Source: a virus (Duplodnaviria > Caudoviricetes). Taken from it: 64,000 nucleotides of DNA. The notes under the pieces are model-generated. The model had not been told where the DNA came from, did not search any database, and saw nothing but the letters and a program-made list of their open reading frames with translations. The stretch lies in the IMG/VR virus record IMGVR_UViG_3300024344_003081; one strand, 5' to 3'. The first letter of the stretch is position 1, and every line of letters begins with the position of its first letter. Position numbers and translations under genes: made by a program. Shown here in pieces: positions 56,967-64,000 of the stretch.

Positions 56967-57614
56967 ATGCATTTAATTACAGAACTAAACGAAAATATAG
57001 AGTACGTTACAGAAGAAGGAAAAGACGGGAAAAAATCTCTATATATCCAAGGACCCTTTATGATGGCAGAAGTGAAAAATAAGAATGGAAGAATTTATCC
57101 TAAAGAAGTTCTTATGAAAGAAATAAAAAGATATAACGAAAGTTATGTCGGAAAAAATAGAGCATTCGGGGAACTGGGTCATCCAGACGGTCCTGGTATA
57201 AATTTAGAACGGGTATCACACATGATTACTGAATTAAAAGAAGATGGTAATAATGTTGTCGGTAAAGCGAAGATTATTGATACCCCATATGGCAAAATTG
57301 TGCAAAATCTTATCGAGAATGGCGCACAATTAGGCGTATCTTCTAGAGGAATGGGTTCTTTAGAAGAAAAAGGCGGAGTAAAATACGTAAAAGATGATTT
57401 TTATTTAGCAACTGCCGCAGACATAGTTGCTGATCCTTCTGCTCCTGAAGCCTTTGTTCAAGGTATCATGGAAGGAAAGGAATGGGTTTGGGAATCAGGT
57501 GTTCTTAGAGAAAAGGTGATTTCAGCTATTCACAAAGAAGTTACCAAAGCGCCGTCTAAAAAACTAGAAAATGTTAAGTTAAAAGCATTTAATAGCTTTC
57601 TTTCAAACCTATAA
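56967..57614 (+). CDS. gp21: Prohead core protease gp21
   Basis: KNKNGRIYP, AFGELGHP and LGVSSRGMGSL (catalytic His/Ser), DIVADPSAPEAFV. Confidence 0.95.
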   Translation: MHLITELNENIEYVTEEGKDGKKSLYIQGPFMMAEVKNKNGRIYPKEVLMKEIKRYNESYVGKNRAFGELGHPDGPGINLERVSHMITELKEDGNNVVGKAKIIDTPYGKIVQNLIENGAQLGVSSRGMGSLEEKGGVKYVKDDFYLATAADIVADPSAPEAFVQGIMEGKEWVWESGVLREKVISAIHKEVTKAPSKKLENVKLKAFNSFLSNL

Positions 57615-57617
57615 TTG

Positions 57618-57625
57618 TATAAATA
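57618..57625 (+). promoter_or_regulatory. T4-type late promoter for gp22/gp23
   Basis: Exact TATAAATA; AAGGAG RBS before gp22. Confidence 0.8.
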
Positions 57626-57673
57626 TAAACATGAGACAGAGACAATATTCTCACAAAATTAAGGAGTTATCAC

Positions 57674-58906
57674 ATGTCAGAAGAAAAAAATGAAGCTCTG
57701 GAGCAAGAAGCAACAAGTGAAGAAGTGACTGAGGAAACTCAAGAAGAGTCCACTCAAGAAGACGATGTTCAAGTCGATGAGGCTTCCCTTCCAGGTGCTG
57801 GAAAAAATAAAGAACCTATGCACCCCGCTCCTGAAAAAGCGGCCGATACGGGTGTGAATAATGAGGTTCCAGATGGACCCAAACCTGATTTCACAAAAGG
57901 GGTCCCATCTGCTAAGAAACGTCCTGCTGATAAAGGAAAAGTTTCTGAAAGTGCATCAAAGATGTCACTTATTAAATCGATTTACGATAAGTTGGACGAG
58001 ATGAGCAAAGACGAAGTTGCTGAAATTCTCGGCGCACTTAACGAAGTTGAAGATACCGAATTCGATGAAGAAGGTAACGAAATTGTTTCTGAAAATAAAA
58101 AAGAAACAAAAGAAGTAGTTGCTAAAGAAGAATTTGATTTGGAAAGTGATGTTCAAGCACTTATCGAAGGCGAAGAGCTTTCAGACGAATTCAAAGAGAA
58201 AGCGGCCACTATATTTGAAGCCGCAGTTTTTGCCAGAGTAAATGATGAAATTTCGACAAGAATAGACAAACTTGATGAACAATACAAAACAGAACTTCAA
58301 GAAGCCATTGAAAACAATCGTACTGTTATGATTGAAAAAGTAGATGATTTCATGAATTATGTTGTTAAAGAATGGATGCAAGAAAATGAACTTGCAGTTG
58401 ATAAAGGTATTCGTTCAGAAATTGTTGAAGATTTCATGGTCGGTCTTAAAAATCTATTTGTTGAACACTATGTCGATATTCCAGACGAAAAAGTTGATCT
58501 TGTAGATGACTTATTCGCCAAAGTTGAAGACTTAGAGGGTTCATTAAATTCTGAGATACAGAAAAACATTGATTCATCTAAAGAACTCCAAGAGTACAAA
58601 AAGATGGATGCTCTGTATACAGTTTCAGAGGGAATGACTGAAGTTGATCAAGAAAAAATGGTCAAATTGGCAGAAGGTATTGAGTATGAAGACGAAGAAT
58701 CCTATACTGAAAAACTTCAGATCATTAAAGACAAGTATTTTCGTACAGAAAACGCTGAAGACAAACAGGTTTTAACTGAAGGATCTACAGACACACAAGA
58801 TGATATGGAACCAAATGACGAAAATTCTTCAGATGATGCAATGGCACAAGCACCTGAACATATACAACATTATGCTAAAGCCATTTCTAGAACTATTACT
58901 AAATAA
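57674..58906 (+). CDS. gp22: Prohead scaffolding protein gp22
   Basis: Acidic coiled coil with LSDEFKEKAATIFEAAV, VDDFMNYVVKEW and GLKNLFVEHY. Confidence 0.92.
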   Translation: MSEEKNEALEQEATSEEVTEETQEESTQEDDVQVDEASLPGAGKNKEPMHPAPEKAADTGVNNEVPDGPKPDFTKGVPSAKKRPADKGKVSESASKMSLIKSIYDKLDEMSKDEVAEILGALNEVEDTEFDEEGNEIVSENKKETKEVVAKEEFDLESDVQALIEGEELSDEFKEKAATIFEAAVFARVNDEISTRIDKLDEQYKTELQEAIENNRTVMIEKVDDFMNYVVKEWMQENELAVDKGIRSEIVEDFMVGLKNLFVEHYVDIPDEKVDLVDDLFAKVEDLEGSLNSEIQKNIDSSKELQEYKKMDALYTVSEGMTEVDQEKMVKLAEGIEYEDEESYTEKLQIIKDKYFRTENAEDKQVLTEGSTDTQDDMEPNDENSSDDAMAQAPEHIQHYAKAISRTITK

Positions 58907-58925
58907 CAATTAAGGAGATTTACAC

Positions 58926-60266
58926 ATGTATCTTTCAGAAAATTTACAAAAAAAGTGGGCTCCTATTCTTGACCATCCAGAATTGGGTAAAATAGACGAC
59001 CCATATCGTAAAGCAGTAACAACTGTTTTGTTGGAGAACCAAGAAAAGTCCATGCAGGAAGACAATCAAGTTCTTTCCTCACAGAATTTCTTGACAGAGG
59101 GACAGGCTTCAGGTGCATTTCCAGACACAGGTGGAGTTGCAAAATATGATCCTATTATGATTTCTCTGGTCAGGCGTGCAATGCCTAATTTGATTGCATA
59201 CGATGTTTGTGGTGTGCAACCAATGACTGGTCCAACTGGACTTATCTTTGCTATGAGAGCAAGATATGTCACAATGAATCAGTCCCCAGAGGCCCTTTAC
59301 AACGAAGCAGATACAAGTTTTGCTTCTAATACCTCTGCTGTAACACAAGCTGATAACACACCAGGCCTTCATATCCATACAGATGGAACAGCTAACGCTT
59401 CTCATACTTTAGTAGCGGGTGGATTATCAACTGCCGTAGGCGAAGGCGTAACACCTAATAACATGGCTTTCTCAATCGAGAAGGTTACTGTTACTGCGAA
59501 GACAAGAGCTTTAAGAGCAGATTACACAATGGAAGTTGCTCAGGATCTTAAAGCAGTTCATGGTCTCGATGCAGAAACAGAACTCAGCAATATTCTTTCC
59601 GCTGAGATTCTTGCAGAAATTAACCGTGAGGTTGTTCGTAAGATTTACAGGGAAGCCAAAGTTGGTGCCCAAAATAACACTACACAATCAGGTATCTTTG
59701 ATCTTGACACAGATTCAAATGGTCGCTGGTCCGTTGAGAAGTTTAAAGGTCTCATGTTCCAGATCGAGAGAGAAGCAAACGAGATTGCGAAGAAGACACG
59801 TAGAGGAAAAGGTAATATGATTATCACTTCTTCAGATGTTGCTTCTGCACTTCAAATGGCTGGAGTCCTTGATTACGCTCCTGCTCTTGATAGCAATAAT
59901 CTCAATCCTGATGATGCAGGAAACACTTTTGTTGGCGTACTTAACGGTCGCTATCGTGTTTATGTTGATCCATATGCAGTAACAAATGATGTCAACTACT
60001 TTGTAGTTGGATACAAAGGATCCTCATCTTATGATGCAGGTATGTTCTACTGCCCATACGTTCCGTTACAAATGGTACGTGCGGTTGACACAAACACCTT
60101 CCAGCCAAAAATTGGATTCAAGACTCGTTACGGTCTCGTAAGGAATCCTTTTGCAACTGGAGCCGCAGATATCACAAGTACTGGATCCTCGGATATCAGT
60201 GGTGATAATGCTGGTGCATCAAGCAATGAGTACTACAGGCTTGTAAGAGTAGCTAACTTAATGTAA
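58926..60266 (+). CDS. gp23: Major capsid protein gp23
   Basis: LQKKWAPIL, LVRRAMPNLIAYDVCGVQPMTGPTGLIFAMR and FYCPYVPLQMVR...FQPKIGFKTRYG. Confidence 0.98.
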   Translation: MYLSENLQKKWAPILDHPELGKIDDPYRKAVTTVLLENQEKSMQEDNQVLSSQNFLTEGQASGAFPDTGGVAKYDPIMISLVRRAMPNLIAYDVCGVQPMTGPTGLIFAMRARYVTMNQSPEALYNEADTSFASNTSAVTQADNTPGLHIHTDGTANASHTLVAGGLSTAVGEGVTPNNMAFSIEKVTVTAKTRALRADYTMEVAQDLKAVHGLDAETELSNILSAEILAEINREVVRKIYREAKVGAQNNTTQSGIFDLDTDSNGRWSVEKFKGLMFQIEREANEIAKKTRRGKGNMIITSSDVASALQMAGVLDYAPALDSNNLNPDDAGNTFVGVLNGRYRVYVDPYAVTNDVNYFVVGYKGSSSYDAGMFYCPYVPLQMVRAVDTNTFQPKIGFKTRYGLVRNPFATGAADITSTGSSDISGDNAGASSNEYYRLVRVANLM

Positions 60267-60292
60267 GTTTCTCTAAAAAACTTAGTATACAT

Positions 60293-60325
60293 AAAAGGAG
60301 TAGGGTAAAACCTACTCCTTTTTTT
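60293..60325 (+). terminator. Rho-independent terminator after gp23
   Basis: AAAAGGAGTAGG-gtaaaa-CCTACTCCTTTT perfect stem followed by a T tract. Confidence 0.9.
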
Positions 60326-60340
60326 GTTTTTGGAGATATT

Positions 60341-60871
60341 ATGCATGAAAAAATTGATTTATATAAACAACTTCCCCCCTATCCTGGTATTTCTCTTACC
60401 CCCCATTTAGACAATATTAAAAAATTAATAAAAACTACAAAATCAAAAACCGCATTAGATTATGGATGTGGAGATGCATTTCACTATATCCAGGGTATTC
60501 ATTTATCATGGGGACTTGATAAGATGGGGCTTTATGATCCTGCAATATTAAAATGGAATAGTTTACCAGGAGATAATTTTGATTGTGTTATTTGTACAGA
60601 TGTTTTAGAACATGTTCCAGAAGGAGAAATAAACGATACTTTAAAAGAAATTTTTACATTATCAAATAAATGTGTTTTTTTAAATATAGCAATGTATCTT
60701 GCACGCCAGATTTTACCAAATGGTGAAAATGCTCATTGTACATTGAAACCGATACAGTGGTGGAGACATAAAATAGCTGAAACAATAAAAGAAAATATTA
60801 TAACTCATGTTGTATATTCGTATACACATGATAATAGAAACAAAGAATATGAAATTTATACAAAAAAATGA
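60341..60871 (+). CDS. Class I SAM-dependent methyltransferase
   Basis: ALDYGCG (motif I) and FDCVICTDVLEHVPE. Confidence 0.85.
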   Translation: MHEKIDLYKQLPPYPGISLTPHLDNIKKLIKTTKSKTALDYGCGDAFHYIQGIHLSWGLDKMGLYDPAILKWNSLPGDNFDCVICTDVLEHVPEGEINDTLKEIFTLSNKCVFLNIAMYLARQILPNGENAHCTLKPIQWWRHKIAETIKENIITHVVYSYTHDNRNKEYEIYTKK

Positions 60872-61536
60872 TTTTTTGCATAGGTAATGGTAAATCAAGA
60901 GAAGCAATAGACTTGCATTTTTTGAAGAAAAGGGGTATAATATATGGAAGTAATGCTTTATATCGGGATTTTACGCCTGATATACTCGTTACATGTGATC
61001 CACTAATGCTTGAAGAAATAATTGAGTCTGAATATTCTAAAGAAAATAAAGTTTATACAACTGAATATGGATATGGTAATGTATTAGAAAAAGTACCTAA
61101 AGGACATAAAGTTTCTTTAGTACCTTTTAAAAAAATATATCCAGTAAATTCTGGATGGACGAGTATTAGATTAGCTTATCATTTTTATCCAGAAGAGCAG
61201 ATATATATGATAGGTTTTGATATGTTTGGTGATAGAAAAAACATTTATGATCGTACTCGTAATTATCCAAGAGGTGCTGGTTTGTGGACGAAAGGAAGAT
61301 ATAAAGAAAAATATGATAATAATGCATATAAAGATGATCCTAAAGTTGATATGCATCTACAAGCAGAAAAAGAATTTCGTTGTGGTGAAGATGAAAGAGT
61401 TGGATTGTTTTATTTGTTAAAAGAAGAATTTTGTCCTGGAATAAGATTGACAAGAGTTATTGATGATAATACAAAAATTGAAAATATTGATAATATAACA
61501 ACAGAACAGTTTCTTGAAGAATTAAAATGGCAGTAG
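60868..61536 (+). CDS. Rossmann-like GT29/MAF(DUF115)-type protein, paralogue A
   Basis: IGNGKSR...YGSNALYRDFTPDILVTCD...YMIGFD. Confidence 0.55.
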   Translation: MIFCIGNGKSREAIDLHFLKKRGIIYGSNALYRDFTPDILVTCDPLMLEEIIESEYSKENKVYTTEYGYGNVLEKVPKGHKVSLVPFKKIYPVNSGWTSIRLAYHFYPEEQIYMIGFDMFGDRKNIYDRTRNYPRGAGLWTKGRYKEKYDNNAYKDDPKVDMHLQAEKEFRCGEDERVGLFYLLKEEFCPGIRLTRVIDDNTKIENIDNITTEQFLEELKWQ

Positions 61537-62210
61537 TTATAATAGGAAATGGGAAATCCAGACAGCATATGGATTTAAATAAAATTAAAGAAAAAGCATG
61601 GACATTTGGTTGCAATGCTTTGTATCGTGATTTTGCACCAGATTATCTTTTAACCATTGATCCTCATGTTACTCATGAAGTAATAGATTCTGATTATTCT
61701 TTAAATAATAAAGTTCTTATTAGTAATATGAATCCTCTTCCAGGAGAAGTTAGAGACTCTATGGAAATTCCTAATGATGCTATATTATATGAGAATGATC
61801 CAACTGGTTATGAATTCATTTTTAATGGATTTAGACGACATCATTATGTAACTTGGATAAAAGAAAAAAGTCAAATATCACATGTTCCCAGTCCGATATA
61901 TGGAGGAAGTGCTGGTATACAAACTATAAGAGTAGCACATACTTATTATCCCAAAGACATAAAATATTTAATAGGTTTTGATGTATTTGGTGAAAGAGAT
62001 AATATGTATGATGGTACTAATGGATATCCTTCAGAAGGAACGGCTAATAATATGACAGATGAATTCATAGAAGGATTCAAAGACTTACTAAATATATATG
62101 ATGATCTTATAATGAAAAGAGTTATTGATCAAGATCAAGAATTAGAAAATATACCTAACGTATCGGAAGATGAATTATGGCAGAATCTAGCAGACAACCA
62201 AAAAATTTAA
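61527..62210 (+). CDS. Rossmann-like GT29/MAF(DUF115)-type protein, paralogue B
   Basis: IGNGKSR...FGCNALYRDFAPDYLLTID...YLIGFD. Confidence 0.55.
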   Translation: MAVVIIGNGKSRQHMDLNKIKEKAWTFGCNALYRDFAPDYLLTIDPHVTHEVIDSDYSLNNKVLISNMNPLPGEVRDSMEIPNDAILYENDPTGYEFIFNGFRRHHYVTWIKEKSQISHVPSPIYGGSAGIQTIRVAHTYYPKDIKYLIGFDVFGERDNMYDGTNGYPSEGTANNMTDEFIEGFKDLLNIYDDLIMKRVIDQDQELENIPNVSEDELWQNLADNQKI

Positions 62211-62683
62211 ATTATTTTATACCTACGGGTTTTAAATTTAATATTGACAAAATTCCGCATGTAAACTTTTTTTGTCAATCTACGAATTTACCTGGACTGT
62301 CAGCGGGTCAGTGGTTATTGACAACTCCCCTTAGAGATATTCCTGTTGCTGGCGATAAAGTTCAAATGAATGAATTACGTGTTAGATTTATAATAGATGA
62401 AGAATTACAAAATTGGCTAGAAATTTATGAGTGGATAAAAACACTTACTTTTCCTGAAACCCAAGAACAATACATACCAGAGCAAGTATATTCTGATGGA
62501 CTATTAACAATCCTTACAAGCAACAAAAATGTTCAATATGCGGCTAAATTTACAAATTTATTTCCCGTAGATTTAACTGATATAGAGATGTCTTCGGATG
62601 TTGCTGATGCAGAAGTTGTTGCCGCGGATGCTACATTCGCATATACTACATATAAAGTTGAGAGAATTATAGGAGAACGTTAA
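62177..62683 (+). CDS. gp3: Tail completion / tube terminator gp3-like
   Basis: NYFIPTGFKF, FFCQSTNLPG, GDK...LRVRFIIDEELQNWLEIYEWI and ATFAYTTY. Confidence 0.82.
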   Translation: MAESSRQPKNLNYFIPTGFKFNIDKIPHVNFFCQSTNLPGLSAGQWLLTTPLRDIPVAGDKVQMNELRVRFIIDEELQNWLEIYEWIKTLTFPETQEQYIPEQVYSDGLLTILTSNKNVQYAAKFTNLFPVDLTDIEMSSDVADAEVVAADATFAYTTYKVERIIGER

Positions 62684-62695
62684 TTATGAGGTATA

Positions 62696-63139
62696 ATGAA
62701 ATTAGAAGATATACAAGAATTATGGACCAGTGATTGTGTTCTAGATGATTTACAATTAGATGTAGAATCAACAAGAATACCAGAACTTCACAACAAATAT
62801 TTTAAAATTTTTTCAGATGAAAAATTAAGACTTGTAAAATATGAGTCAAAAATGAAAGAATTGTCTAAATTAAAATGGCTTTATTATACAGGCAAACTCG
62901 ATAAAGATAGTTTAGATAAATTAGGATGGGAACCATTTGAATTAGATATTAAATCTAGAAACAAATTAGATATAGATAGATTTTTAAATTCAGATAAAGA
63001 TATAATTGAAATGCAAGAAAAAATTGAATATCAAAAAGAAAAAATAAATTATTTAGAATCAATTATAAAAACGATTATCAATAGAAATTTTTTGATTAAG
63101 AGTATAATTGATTGGAGAAAATTTACTTCAGGAGCATAA
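62696..63139 (+). CDS. uvsY: Recombination mediator UvsY
   Basis: ESTRIPELHNKY, KWLYYTGK and INRNFLIKSIIDWRKFTSG; follows gp3. Confidence 0.9.
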   Translation: MKLEDIQELWTSDCVLDDLQLDVESTRIPELHNKYFKIFSDEKLRLVKYESKMKELSKLKWLYYTGKLDKDSLDKLGWEPFELDIKSRNKLDIDRFLNSDKDIIEMQEKIEYQKEKINYLESIIKTIINRNFLIKSIIDWRKFTSGA

Positions 63140-64000
63140 TGTATGATTATTTAATCTTTGCGCCTCAATTATTTGAAAAAGATGGTGGTGCAATGGGTGG
63201 AACTGAAAGACAGATTGTAACTGTTGCAGAAAAACTTGCTAGTGAAAATTTTAATGTTGGATTAGTACATTCTCAAACAGATGGAACTGATCGTATAATA
63301 AATGATGTGAAACATTTAAATATGTTTAGACATCATTATGCTGAATCAAGAGTGAGAATACATTGTAATCAAATTGCATATAATGGAAATAGTTGGAAAA
63401 ATTATTATATGTATAATCCCCATATTCCAGTATTATCACCTTTAGAGATTAATAGTGGAAACAATACTTATATTTGGTTGCATAATTGGACAACTTGTCA
63501 TGAAGAAGTGCCTAGATTGTTTTTATCTAATGCACTTAAAAACTATGTTCAAGGTAAAGGAAAAAAAGTTGCGGGAGATCAAACTATTCATTATATGGTT
63601 CCAAAAGATATGGATAAACAAAAGCCAAAAGAAAAGAGATCAAATTATCTTTTCTGGATGAGTGCTTTTGGAAAAGGATTTAGAGAAGCATTAACAATTT
63701 ATGTTGCTCTTTATGATAAAGGAATGAAAAGACCTTTTTATGTTTGTTGTCCTCCTCAAAGACAAAAGAAAGATGTTAAAATATTTACAGATTTTATAGC
63801 AGACCTCAATAAAAACGGATATCCTATTCATTTTTTAGGAGAATTAAATTATGAAAGAGTTTTAAAAAGTTTATCAAATGCCGCTTGTCTTTTTAGAACA
63901 GGAAGGCCCCAAGAAACTTTTGGTCTTGTTTATCTTGAAGCAAATAAACTGGGAGTACCTGTAATAACGTATGAGTCAGATGCGGCGGAAGAAATATTAA
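63139..64000 (+). CDS. GT-B (GT4-like) glycosyltransferase, 3'-truncated by window edge
   Basis: Absent from the ORF track; read manually from the ATG overlapping the uvsY stop: MYDYLIFAP...GGTERQIVTVAEKLA...ETFGLVYLEANKLGVPVI (E-x7-E signature). Confidence 0.85.
   Translation, partial: MYDYLIFAPQLFEKDGGAMGGTERQIVTVAEKLASENFNVGLVHSQTDGTDRIINDVKHLNMFRHHYAESRVRIHCNQIAYNGNSWKNYYMYNPHIPVLSPLEINSGNNTYIWLHNWTTCHEEVPRLFLSNALKNYVQGKGKKVAGDQTIHYMVPKDMDKQKPKEKRSNYLFWMSAFGKGFREALTIYVALYDKGMKRPFYVCCPPQRQKKDVKIFTDFIADLNKNGYPIHFLGELNYERVLKSLSNAACLFRTGRPQETFGLVYLEANKLGVPVITYESDAAEEIL

Noticed and set aside
17576-60266. Introns or inteins in terminase, portal or major capsid genes
   Set aside because: All three ORFs are continuous and of ordinary length, with no intein or intron hallmarks seen.
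1-64000. Stop-codon reassignment
   Set aside because: Core genes are full length under the standard code, and TAA, TAG and TGA all terminate genes at expected positions.

Overview
AT-rich, densely coded 64 kb segment of a large T4-like myovirus, with gene order resembling marine T4-like phages; the host cannot be determined from this window. It holds the virion morphogenesis module: baseplate gp7-like (5'-truncated), gp8, a VrlC/DUF4815-like giant, neck gp13/gp14, gp15, terminase gp16/gp17, sheath gp18, tube gp19, portal gp20, and later gp21, gp22, gp23, gp3 and uvsY. T4-type late promoters (TATAAATA) precede several of these genes. About 31 kb of co-oriented accessory genes separate portal from the prohead core/protease genes. 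This block contains (i) two giant fibres with Gly-Ser-Ala collagen-like repeats; (ii) a protein ending in 12 tandem CNC(N/D)FCP heptads, followed by three radical SAM enzymes, which looks like a RiPP-type or virion-protein maturation system; (iii) a compact, translationally coupled lipid/polyketide cluster of ACP, TauD-like dioxygenase, SDR, type III polyketide synthase with an intact Cys-His-Asn triad, AcpS-type PPTase, IPNS-like 2OG oxygenase and seven tandem membrane desaturases; and (iv) a non-canonical tRNA-Pro(GGG)-like RNA next to a gene with a TYW3-like motif. A methyltransferase and glycosyltransferase-like genes follow the capsid gene. All protein assignments come from motif recognition by eye; no database searches were run.
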